Source of the DNA: Balanoglossus misakiensis
Taxonomy: Eukaryota; Animalia; Hemichordata
Direction: 5' to 3'
DNA length: 64,000 bases
Assembly (NCBI GenBank): GCA_040954595.2
Contig: CM082585.2
Coordinates: forward strand, 11,389,451 to 11,453,450
Part shown: piece after piece, positions 14,901 through 26,900 of the stretch
Layout: each line of letters starts with the position of its first letter
Position numbering within the stretch: the first letter of the stretch is position 1
Notes under the pieces: model-generated
Database searches by the model: none
The model's input: only the letters and a program-made list of their open reading frames with translations
What the model was told of the DNA's origin: nothing
Made by a program: the position numbers and the translations under genes

Positions 14901-17549
14901 CCGCGGCCCAAGTGACAGGCCTTATTATTTTATATTCCCTTAAATGTTTGGCATTCTGAAATGAGCTGAGAGCTGGTATCTTCGATTTCCCCCGTTAACT
15001 CGGATTTTCACCGAAAAAAACGAACTGGCTTCTTATTTTAAGACTCTTATTAACAGTAGTGTTATTAATAGCTATATTGAACTCAATGGTTGACAACGCC
15101 AACCGCGAGGCCCCCCTTAATTTCCTCCAATCATTAATCATGGAGCTGCCGCAAGTACCAACTGTGTCGGTCAAAAAGGTATTAAAACCATGGTCGCATC
15201 TGATCACTATCACCATTTTTTTCTCGCAATCACCATTTTTTCTCTCTCTCACAAAACACAGAAATTTGGAATAATGGCTAACTATGTCGTGTTCTCACTG
15301 TCGTACTGAGCGGGTCGAGTAAAATCACTTTCTATAAAAATGGAAACATAAATAACAGAAAGTGGATTGCCCCCATTGTTCCTAGTGATACTGGTAGGCA
15401 AATACAAGGTTTCATCAGAAATCTCCAATATGAAACCGCGAATCCCTCAATTCTAAAAAAAGGGCTGTTGTAAGATAACTAACAGACAACTAGACCGTCT
15501 GACTCGATTTTTGGGTTTGTTTTCTATCCCACGAAAAGTGTTGTAGACAACCCCAGTCGCACGGTAAATAGATTATGTTGGTATCTACGGTGGGTATATA
15601 GGCGGCCCGGCTAACGAAGTTAAGCTCGATAAAAAGAACGGGAAATACGACGACGACTCTGAATTGTCAGTCGTAATCAAATTTGCAAATTGGTCGAGTT
15701 ACAGGTCACGATGTTACCGACGATGTAAGCAAGAAACTGCGCAGCCGAACTTTCAAATTCCCGCCGAACAAGGGACCGCGCCAAACCAAAACAGACTGGA
15801 CGCGCACAATAATTTGACCTCTGTGGAACAAAAAATCAACCCTCTATTCACGTCGACTACAATGTGTATTGCCACCGTAAACTTGTACTCCCGCGTTTAC
15901 ACGTTAAACTTATGATCTGAGGCAAACAATTGGCTGATAAGGTACTTGATTGTTATCTATAATTACCACAAAATCATTCTTTCTGTTTAATAGTCTTACA
16001 AAAATAATGGCTGTCAGTTGTTGGGGAAGGACTCGAACGTATTTAAGCCGAACGCTTCTGTCAACACAATTGAATGGACTAATGATTACAGTTACTCATT
16101 GACAGTGCGGCAATTTTCATTCAAAACTTTACTACGTTCCTCGCTACGCATATTCGTGGCATAAACCGTGTTCACCGAACATATGCTATTTTAAATCTTG
16201 AAATATTTGGGCCGATGTTGACAGCACTGCCCTGGCACACACATTACGGCCATGTAATTACACTTGCAGACCCGTGTATCTAGGCTGGCTGACACGTCGA
16301 CAAAGTAAACGGTATGGTCGCCTGGATCGCATCAACAGGTTGGCGTACGGTCTCTCGCGAAAACATGCCTGTAATTTCAACTCAATGCTGTTTTAAAGCT
16401 GTCGTTAAGGGGCCGGGTGTGATATGTGGACCTCGCATAAAAACTAACAAATATGGCGGCCATTTGGAAGCATAAATGGTTATGACTAAGGTAGTGGGGT
16501 CGGCGAAGGACCAAACACTGTGTCGTACTGCATACATAACGAGGCTCAGAAGCCATACACTGTGACGCAGCTTGGAGCCAGAACTCAAGCACACAAACAG
16601 ATTTCAATATGTGTTGTCACCGAAACATGACAGAGTGGGGCTACAACGCCGTACACAACCACCAGATAAAGCTAGCAACTTCCCATAACAACGTGTTACG
16701 CCTAAAAACACTAAGTTACAGGCAATGGCTTCCTATGTGTACACAGCCGATCGTTAAACACAAGTTTTACTGAGGAAACGTCACCCAAACGACATGTAAA
16801 CTTTTGCTAACCCTACTTGAAACACACCAACGCCAAAAAACATGCTGCCCAAACACTCCACAAAGGCTCCGAAAAGAGATTTTGAACCATTTTATATACA
16901 CCAAAACCAGACTCCAGTATTGGATCGTACATTTTAGTTATACCTGCCATGTTAAAATTCCTAAGCTCAAATCTAAGCAAAAAGATTAACCGGACCATCG
17001 AAACGGCGTATTTGGAAAACGTCTCAAGTCTAGAAAGTGAATGGAGTTTGGGAGGGGCTAAGAAGTGAATGACATTACCCTAGCCAATTGACGACAACAA
17101 CTGCATGTCAAGCACGAGTTTGATTGACATTCGAAGCACGATGTTTTGTGAAAGTGTGGAGGGTAAAACCCTAACCTATCTGTACACTACGAAGGAGAAA
17201 GTATATGCACACCTCAGAATTCCCGGCTCTACAACAAACCCCATTCTTAGACTATTTATAAGTATACAATATAATCCATTGAACTCCAAACAATATCAGA
17301 CCATCACTTCCTATATAGCGAGCACCTTGAACTACTTATTTTGATCAAGCGACTGACGAAAATCCACACACAAGTTGTAGACGAAAGGGCTTCCACTCTT
17401 GGTGCAAAAAGTTTTGTGACGACAAGTTTGCGACATTTTATGCAGTTCGAACTACAACTTGCCGCCAAGTCATCGCTCCAAAACAGATTCCATCCGCAGG
17501 TGAAGCCCTAAAATCACAACCAGCGTGTAAATAAGAGCAGAAACAAGAG

Positions 17550-18324
17550 AGTGTGTACTTCAAAGCATTAATTTATTACCTCACTTTTCCAAAACGAAAC
17601 GCGTCAAATAAGAACAGAGTTAGAGAGAATCGTGTGCATATATACAAATCTCGGCTTCAATTCGAGCCAAAAATAGTCTCCAAAACTGCTGACAGAAAGA
17701 CTCAAATTCTAAGGGATGAGAGCAAAGGAATATAAAAACCAAACAATTTTCCAACGTCTGAAAAACAGAACAGGTTGTTGAAAAGTCAAGTGAGAATGGA
17801 ACAGCTTCTATAAATTAATATTCTCACAAAATACTCCGAAGGAAAAAAAATGTACGAAAACTGTTTCTGCGCGGGCTACCAGCTAAGTCGAAAGTTTACC
17901 GCGCCACGTTTTACTGCGTAGGTAACAGAGTTTACTGAACATAAGATGGTACTAAGAAAATTCTAATCAATCTGACATTAAATAATAATAAAAAAATATT
18001 CAAAAAGAAACTTTATACAAGGACGTATGCTTTTTTTCTAGCATTAAAGGATGGAGCTGCATTCTTAAACAAATATCAACCAGCAGAGTGAGTCCACTTC
18101 TACTTTTTTCAGACACTAAGTTTTTCGTGAGTTTTACAAAACTGTTTTTTGCGAGTTTCATGATTTGGTTCGTTCAAAACGACAGTTTTATCAATCGACT
18201 AATATTTATAGTAAACCCCGTTGAGAGAGTACAAAGGTGAAACACTATGTCAATACAGCAGAGGCCCATACAAAAATCGTCTATAAAGGTGTGATTTTTT
18301 GACAAAAACAAATGAGATTTTATA
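17550..18324 (-). other. Probable SoxB1 3' UTR ending after an AATAAA polyadenylation signal
   Basis: U-rich on the minus strand downstream of the stop codon. The first AATAAA I found on the minus strand is at 17572-17577 (TTTATT on plus). The true 3' end needs transcript data. Confidence 0.5.
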
Positions 18325-19290
18325 CTACATATGCGTAAGGGGAACCGTACCGTTTACCCCGACTCCTGAAGATGGATTCTGCGATGCGTAATGTTCTTGT
18401 GCCATGGCCGAACTGTGCTGTCGATTCTGTGCATTGGGGTCATTGGCATCGCCTGGTAGGTACATGGAGATCATTTCCCGCAAATCGCCCGGACAACTCC
18501 TACCGCCCCTGACCGCGGCCGCCTGTGCTGCACTCACCATCGCCGGTTCTGACTTGGGTACACCAGCCGCTGCTGAAGACGGGTGCATTTGGCTGGTTTG
18601 TTGTGTTGTGTACGGCGCTGCCATGGTGTAACTTGTGGATGGGTTGACGTATGAGCCAGCTGAACACATAGGTGTATAAATTTGGCCCGACATGTCATAC
18701 CGCGGGTGAAGTCCGCCATTTGCCGGCGCCATTTGCGAAGGTGCGCCACCCAAACCATGATGTTGATATGTGTGGTGTGCTGAGAGTTGTTCAGGTTGCA
18801 TCATTGGATAACCACCATTCATATAGCCGTTCAGAGGATACTGCATGCCTTCGGCCACCGACCGTTGAACTGGAGCCCCTGGACCAGGTATCATTCCTTG
18901 CAAAGTGTACTTGTCTTTCTTCATAAGTGTCTTGGTCTTACGTCTTGGTCTGTATTTATAATCGGGGTGTTCCTTCATATGGACAGCCCGAAGTCTCTTG
19001 GCCTCGTCAATAAATGGTCTCTTCTCAGCCTCTGACAACAGTTTCCACTCAGCTCCAAGTCGCTTACTTATCTCAGAATTGTGCATTTTGGGATTCTCCT
19101 GCGCCATCTTCCTTCGCTGACCACGAGACCACACCATGAAGGCATTCATGGGACGTTTGACACGGTTGTCTGGTATCATTTGTTTCGCTGCATTCGTCGT
19201 CGAGGTTGGCGTTGGTGGTGTGGCAGTTAGCGAATTTTGATGGACCTGTGTAATCATACTGGCCTGTTTTAAGTCCGTTTGCTCCATCAT
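18325..19290 (-). CDS. SoxB1: SoxB1 (Sox1/2/3-like) HMG-box transcription factor, single exon, 321 aa
   Basis: The uninterrupted ORF has a canonical Sox HMG box ([43 protein letters not shown]...[10 protein letters not shown], about 18931-19167) followed by the group-B motif [11 protein letters not shown]. It also has SoxB1-specific motifs: N-terminal [30 protein letters not shown] and terminal NGTVPLTHM. Intronless structure is typical of SoxB genes. The second ATG has strong Kozak context (A at -3, G at +4). Confidence 0.98.
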   Translation of the reverse strand: MMEQTDLKQASMITQVHQNSLTATPPTPTSTTNAAKQMIPDNRVKRPMNAFMVWSRGQRRKMAQENPKMHNSEISKRLGAEWKLLSEAEKRPFIDEAKRLRAVHMKEHPDYKYRPRRKTKTLMKKDKYTLQGMIPGPGAPVQRSVAEGMQYPLNGYMNGGYPMMQPEQLSAHHTYQHHGLGGAPSQMAPANGGLHPRYDMSGQIYTPMCSAGSYVNPSTSYTMAAPYTTQQTSQMHPSSAAAGVPKSEPAMVSAAQAAAVRGGRSCPGDLREMISMYLPGDANDPNAQNRQHSSAMAQEHYASQNPSSGVGVNGTVPLTHM

Positions 19291-19369
19291 TTCGAGCGTT
19301 TGGCTGCTACCACGACAAAATTGGTGTTGTAAGAGGTAGAACGGCGAATAATCTGTTGTAAGACAGAGC

Positions 19370-19790
19370 GAGCGACTATAGCGTGTTCTCCGTGTGAAAC
19401 ACTCGTTATTTTTGGGCCAGTTCGCCTATCACGTCCATGTGTTATTGATTGGCAGAAGGCTGTGAGTAGCCAATCAGCGTCGAGTATTTTGACAGGCTGA
19501 TAGATTGTTATTTAGTTGTGTTAGGTAAATGACAGGTGACGTAGCAAGGTGACAATTGGTTGAATTTACTAAAAAAAGGGGGCGGGACTAGGCGGCGCTA
19601 CCGTGCATTTTATTGTTCTGGCAGCAAATCAAATTAAGAGTAGGCCTGTCAACGTTGTCAATCACGCGATAATCACCCCAATGAAGGAAGCGAACTGTCA
19701 TTTCGGTAGTGATTAAAATTACTTGCAGCTGCAGATGTTTACACGACGAGCGGTTTGAATGACGTTCTGCCCACGTGCCAATCAACCCAC
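19370..19790 (-). promoter_or_regulatory. SoxB1 proximal promoter
   Basis: Directly upstream of the ATG: CCAAT boxes in both orientations (ATTGG 19448-19452, CCAAT 19470-19474, ATTGG 19555-19559, CCAAT 19778-19782), Sp/KLF GC box GGGGCGGGAC 19579-19588, CRE-like TGACGT at ~19537, and E-box CACGTG 19772-19777. An A-rich TATA-like tract at 19406-19413 (minus) suggests a TSS near 19377, which is tentative. Confidence 0.7.
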
Positions 19791-22059
19791 GTTAATGAAA
19801 AATAGCCGATTCCGCTATTGTGAACAACTGTAGTCGGGGAGATGCTGTGTGCAATTAAACGCACAGACCACTGTCATGTTGTCTTTACTAAAACCCGTGA
19901 AAAAACTAGATCTTTTAGAACTTTGAGCGATTCGTAATAAAGTGTATATCCGAACCAAATAAGGGGAAAAAATCGAGGCGAGGACGGTGATTCTGGTGGC
20001 GGAGAGTTAGCTACGAATGTCTGTCTGTATTTTGCAAGTTTGTGTGTAGTATTGGTGGTGGAGGCATATCGTAGTACCTTTCGTTTTTCGCTCCACACAC
20101 TATCTCTCGAGGTACACACACACACAACACAACAAACGGCCCAGTGAAATATGATCGCGATGGAAAGTACGATGGCTCCGCCTATACAATAATTAGCATT
20201 TTATCGTGTATTGAAGTATCAACACCTCGAACAAACCGCGTATTCGAGGTTGAATGAAGACCGATGTTTGCTAGAAATTCCCCTCAAGAAAATATCTCAA
20301 AAGACATCCTTAATTAGATCACCAAAGGCCAGTCGGAGAGAATGAAAACATTTTGCCTATGTGTCCTATTATATTCGCATATTTACATTAGAAGTTAATT
20401 TTTCTATGCGGCGCGTACAAAGGAAGGCAAATAAAATTCTAATAAAATTTACATTATTGCAGTGAAAGTGTCCGACACAGTATTGTCCTTGGCGCTATCG
20501 AGACGACCGATCGCCGTTATTCAATACAGAACCTTACTTTCATCAATACCAAAATTTACTCCACATAATGGCTGCACGGTCCTGGAGCGAGGTCCATTGT
20601 TTTAAACAGTCGACTAGCAACATACAAGTCAATTGAGGATAACCTTTTATACGGATAATACTGAGACATAATAAAAAAAACCTATAGTAGTATAAAACAC
20701 TCTCCATTCTTCTCTTTTTTTTCAAAACAACAAAACTTCACAACAGAACAAGCCAAGCAAAGCACTTTCACTGAAGGCATAGGCACACACAGAACGTTTT
20801 CAACACACTCTCCATTCTGCACCAGGCCATACAACAACTAGACTATGATTTACTCCAGCGATGTTTTTAGCATCGTATGGGGCATTTCGTCCAGTCAAAC
20901 GCCTATGAAACGACTCAAAATAGGACAGGTAAGTGGACCGCGCGTCTGTTGTTTATATCGGGTCTATATAAACTCGGGGGCTCGTATGTATGTATGTGTT
21001 CCAGAAATGGACGTTTTCTAACAGCTTATGGCGTGGCGTGTATAGCTTTCTGGGTTGCGTGCGTTGGCGCTAACACCTGTAATTGCTGGGGGGTCAACGG
21101 TTCACGAGTTTAGACAGATAGCCTGGAGTTGTCAGAACGCCATTGTTTTTAGGGGGGAAATCACTTTCGGGCTGTGTACAACACATGTCTGGATTCGTTT
21201 CGAAGGCCGTTAATGGCCCAGTCCATTTGTGGTGAAAATGTTGCATTAACGTGGAACTCTGCGAAAAAAAACGTGACAACGTGTGTTTTTGTTCACTTGG
21301 GGCGTACATATTAGCAAGTTGACAGCCTTTTCTCTTGGATAATTAGATTTCCAATGTGAGGTAGCTAATGCGTTTTCCATATTCATAAGGGCATTTTTGC
21401 CGCCCAAATAAACTTAAGAAAGTTTACCTTTCATTTGAAGTGTTCACAAGAATGTCTAAGACACTGCAAGGTTAATTTCGTCATGATACTGTACTCGACC
21501 GAAAAAAATGAGATAAAGTTTCAGAGAGTTTCGCCAGGTTTGCTCGAAGCAAGTCACCAGTTTGAGAGACTGATCTTGTCTAGCCGGTGATTACTCTTGT
21601 ATGGGACGTGTTTTGGTCCCGGCTCTGAACACCTTAACACCTTATGAATATTAATTCCCCTTTTCACAGCTTGGCAATCAGCTTTGGAGCGAACAAATAC
21701 GCGTCATTGTAGAATTTGTGTGCGTTCAAGATTTACTGTTCGCTGCAAGTAGGGGTTTCGTCTGTTGTGCAATGCACACTCGCGACTGAGACAGGTGAAA
21801 GTGAATCGGACACGGTGGAGTGTACCTTTCGAGCGAACGATAACCGAACGCGAGGTTGGTTGGGAATCTGAACTACGTTTGAAACTTCATGAGTAACGGG
21901 GTCACCGCGGAGTTTCCGCCGCACGGAAGGGTGCGTGTTACACAGGTTTCTCCTTCCCCCCTGACAAAATAAAGCGTCATTGTACAAAATATCCGAGCGA
22001 AAAATGTTATAAGATTCTGTCAATTAAGTGAGCGCGGTGGAAAAATGGAGCCTGGGCGC

Positions 22060-22300
22060 GGGTACCCCCCCTACTGTGAGCAAGGACAATGCGCCATTAC
22101 GTAGTAAAGTAGGCCGAGGTGTAAGAAGGCTGACGGAGAAGAACTCTCTCCCAATTAGCATCCAAATATGGCAAGGTTCGACTCCTCCTCCGTCATAACC
22201 TGTGCAAATACAGATTACTGCAAGTCAAACCTCATCTGCAATTCATATAAAAATAACACACAAATGTAAGATTTAATCCCATTGGTGTGGCGGGAAATTG
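22060..22300. promoter_or_regulatory. Candidate upstream enhancer of SoxB1 (Zic-like, Sox, POU, CArG and Otx sites)
   Basis: CCCCTACTGTG 22068-22078, ACAATG 22086-22091, ATTAGCAT (reverse of ATGCTAAT) 22154-22161, CCAAATATGG 22162-22171, TAATCC 22274-22279. Motif evidence only. Confidence 0.4.
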
Positions 22301-23835
22301 CGTTTGTAATCTAGTCAATGTACGTGGAAATCACGGGGAAAATTAATAAACGACTTGTTTTAAGTGCACTCTTTTTCCCTGGTGAGTATTTTGAACGCAG
22401 CGATGGTTTGGTCGACACGCAAGTCAGAAAGCAATCGATGGGGAGCGGGAGTTCGGGGTCGAACGACATGCCGGCAGATTTTTTTTCAGAAATGCACAAA
22501 GTAGGGGAATGAGCGTGTCGAAATGACTTCCTCTGCCTCGCTGAAGGATTAACCATGGACTATCAGAGAGATTCCAATTGTATACGGTCGTAATTGAGAG
22601 AGTGTGGTGAATGAGTGGCATGGCCCTGTGTACGAGACACAATAATACGGCAGCGTGGGCCAGGCGGACATAGCCAGGTGAAAGCTACACTCCGATACTG
22701 TGGATGGTCCTTGGGTGACACGAGGGAGTATGGCGAAGAAGGTGCTGCCACAAGCAAGTCCGCACCCGACCAAAAGAAATGGTCGCTCCATTGTGAGCGA
22801 GCGCGACCCCAATCTGTATGTTTTCAAAGGCGCTTTTTGAAAGGCTCGCTTTTCGATTGAATGGTTTACTATAGAACTGTTGGGCGAGTAAGAGCGGACA
22901 TTATTTGCTCCGGAAAGACAGACAAAACCCCAGTTATCAACGGGTCATTCGGGGGAAGAAAGGGGTCCGCTATGTAGACAGCAAACTCGTCCACATAAAC
23001 TACAACCTCGGCGTTTGGGAAGAGCTGAACTTTGACGGGAGGGGGGGGGGGGCTTTTGCTTCTCACACAACCGGCGTGGGGTTCTCTGACGATTTCACCG
23101 CAGCGCGAGACAAGCAGTGACGGCAAAAAAAACGTGCACACGTCAGCGATCCTTTGTAGGCCTACAAGGCATGTAACGAAAGTGTGGTAATCGGAAATAA
23201 AACGATGTAGGTATGGTTGAACTAGAGCAGTGAAAGACAACAGACAGAGCATGGGTATTTAAAACGTGTGCGCTGTTTGGACAACAGATACAAGGTACAA
23301 TAGATTGAAAAGTGGTCATTGAGGCAGCCTGGCTTGATAAGCCTTTAGATTGAAGCATTAAACCGCCATAAACCAACAAAATAACATTACGCACCTTTAT
23401 ACAGCCGTATTACAATACACAATAGACACAGAATCCCTGCCGCACGTGGAAAAACATAAATGACATGGCCTGAACACGTTAATCTGAAAAAGAAATAAAA
23501 ATAATAATAGTTCAAATATTACATACACATAGATGTTATTTCATATATATTATAAACAGCTATATTAATATATGTACTAATATTTTTATATAATAAATAA
23601 GTGTACACATCATATATATAAACAATGTGCATCCATGCATCCATCTATTATGCACATACATACATACACACATACTAGGTATGAAGCTATAGTTTACATT
23701 ATACATGTACCATGTATATGTAATGTGTTTCTTTGTATCGATAAATGTGTACAAATGCAAACGGTCTAAATAATACAATAGATAAATGTATATGTGGGGG
23801 TGTAATTATATGTACCTATGCACATATGTGTGTGC

Positions 23836-23938
23836 ATGTATGTATGTATGTATGTATGTATGTATGTATGTATGTATGTATGTATGTATGTATGTATGTA
23901 TGTATGTATGTATGTATGTATGTATGTATGTATGTATG
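23836..23938. repeat. Perfect (ATGT)n tetranucleotide microsatellite, ~25 units, within a degenerate TA/CA-rich tract (~23520-24030)
   Basis: Directly visible; it produces the spurious CMYV and HTYI ORFs. Confidence 0.98.
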
Positions 23939-26900
23939 CATGTGTATATACATGTATGTAGACAACTACTTACATCCATTAATATCAATAATTTGTCTAT
24001 TTTATGTAAAATACATGTACTGTGTGTGTATTGAACTTCATAGGTTAATGCAGTCAGTCAAACATCCCTGACGTGCGCATTTGTGACTACATGTTTGTCA
24101 CTCACTGTATCATTTTGAAAAAAGCGATTAAGTCTGTTCGCTCTCTCCGTCGCAAGCAGCAAAATAAAACAGAAAATTTAACGACTTTCCACAGTAGTTA
24201 AAATTAACTACACGTTGATATTTTCAATTGCTATGGCTCCATTTTGGTCACTAAATAAACTTTCCCTTTTTAGTTCTAATCGTTTGGTCACATGTACAAA
24301 TTCCCATGAGCCTCTTTTTCCCCTGGTGTGGCAGTACCCATTGCTTATTTTAATAGCGTTGACTCAACAATTCTATTTGACGACTTTACAATATTTTTGT
24401 TCAGTTTATCTGGGCACTTTCATTCAATCTTAATTTTAGGCCAAGTGAAAACAATGTTGCATTGTCTTCGGGACTAAATCGAAATTTGCGAAAAATGTGG
24501 GAAACAGTTATCAGGGATTAATTTTTGAAAGATGACAAGTAATGGCGTCGAATGCAGAAAGGTGCATTTTTTCCCCATTTTTGACTCTCATTCACGTTGA
24601 AATGTAAACATTTGAAAGATTTGGGCGTTCGCAACCACTTGTTGCATGCCAAAAATACGCATTCACTTTTATCGTTTCTGGCAATCTAAATTGAACTTTT
24701 ATAGACGTCCACTGCAACATCTCCTGTATCGTATTTCTTAAGCTACCGTTTTAATGATAAGTACATATGGGTATAATATTTTATTCTGGGTCTATAAGGC
24801 CAGGGCATGGATTCTGGATGTCAATCGCTCTCTGGATATTAGCTTGTGCGGACGCGAATGATGAATAAAAATGAGCTGATTCTTTTCCTCTTGCAATAAA
24901 TCCCTGATGCTTGAGTTTTAATCAATAAAGTCTGGATTGCGAGATCAGCACAAACGCAAGAACAACAGAACACGGAGGGGAAAATAGTCGTTTACTCAAT
25001 GCGACTAAGTGCGACTCCAAGTACGCGGGTTCAGATACGCTCGTTTCTAACACGCAGGGTGAAGGAAGCGTGCCCTTTAGAAAACGCTAGCCAATCAGCG
25101 AATAGAATACATAAACTATATGATACTCTGAACTGCCATTCAAAAGGGAGTGAGAGAAAAAAAACGAGGATGACGTGACAAGCAATTTTGGCAGGCGTCC
25201 GTTTTCGAACTTCGCTAATACGCACACGCTGAACTGTCATATCGACTCGTCATTTTTTTTTCACGTGCTATACGCCAAATTTACTACACACAGCGAACCA
25301 ATTGTGAATTTTGGGTCAGTAACCACGTCTCCAGAGAAAACGAGAAAACTAAGCCAGTCGGTGAAACTGGGGAAAGAAAACAAATAAAATAAAAAATTAA
25401 ATCAACTTTTGTTTTCTTTTACCAGCACATTAATGATATCATAACATGCATTTTTGACATTTAAAGTTTTAAATTTTGATTTGCAGATCACCACAAAAAG
25501 TCTGTTTTTATTCTTCTTTTCTTCTACATAATAGCAGAGGGTGATTGGCATCACGTTAAGGAATTAATAATATACACGTACTTAACAACCAAATAGAATC
25601 TGTCACATTTGAATCGAGATTACTACCACTCGTTAAGATTTTTATCATAAAACTCTTTTCTCGAAATCCCCATAACATATGCTTGCTGTCAACCGGACAA
25701 ATGACAGCTAGAATTGATATTCAAATTCGTGTCCATACTGCATGTATACACTTCCAGTGAGAAAAAAGTCTTAATTTAAAACTATTTTCATTCATTCTTG
25801 TGTAGAATTTCCCACCATTTTCCAACATTCATTATATATATTTGTATATTTTTGGAATATTTAAAGCAAATATTTATCTGATGTCACTGTGCCCCATAAC
25901 TGTATTTACTTTTAATTTGTATATTTATGGCTTCGCAGTAAAATATGTTCAAGGTTGCCAGCCACTCTAAACGCAACATAAGTTAGCTCAATTTAAAGTT
26001 TATGGCGAACATAAAAATAATATGGCCACACTCCAAAAAATAGATAATGCAAAATTAATACACCTGGTTGATCTTTTCTCCTTATTTCCAATTTATTACC
26101 TTGGAGTAGTAGCTCCAATTGGCTTGTAATTAATTACTTAATTTAAAAATAATATTTAATTGAAAAGTAATCGTGATTTTATTGAAATACTTTCCTCGTT
26201 TGAAAACCAAGGAATATGACTTGAACTGTGGTGGTATTTACACGCTGACTGTTGATTTCACAATATTTCCTCTTTTCTCATGGCCGTTTCACATCGCTGC
26301 TTATTCCTTCTTTTTTGACATTCATCTCTCTCGTCTACTTCCCTTTTTATCCGTTTCGATTATTTTTAGAACAGCTTCCCCTCTGTAAAGTTTGAAAGAA
26401 GACTCTTGGATCTGTTTTTGTGTCAGTCGAAATTTGTTGATCTTTCACGCGATGGAAAGTCAAGGACGCCAAAAATAAGGAAATGTTCTGATGGCCAGCC
26501 AGGCCGATGTCGGTTGCTTTTCTGTGGAACAGACAGCGATCCACGCAAATTAAAACCCGTATTGGTCCAGAATTAATGTAAAGAAAATATTTCTTTGAGT
26601 CGAGACTTCAATTGAAGTACCGCGGACCCCATTCTTTCTAACAGGGCACTTCGCATTGTGGTAACAAAAGGGCTAGATTTCTCTCTACGTAAACATCGTA
26701 GCAAGACGGGCTTTCAAACAAATTAGTTCCATGCAAACTTCTATAAAGGTGAATATGTTGCAACAACATCGGAGGAAAGAATCCCATTTCGAACAAACAA
26801 ATACAAAACAAGGGTTAGACGCGCGCGTGTGTGAAAAAGCCTCGAACATGAACAAAATAAAAAAAACACAGCGCAGTGATCAGGCGTGTGAAAGAAAAGA

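Noticed and set aside
18404-19035. Antisense and alternate-frame ORFs overlapping SoxB1
   Set aside because: Short shadow ORFs of a GC-richer coding region, with no recognisable motifs.
22131-22196. Functional tRNA gene
   Set aside because: No A-box, D-arm or anticodon arm, and only a 3 bp T-stem; kept only as a low-interest finding.
23560-24071. ORFs with CMYV or HTYI repeats
   Set aside because: Translations of the (ATGT)n microsatellite.
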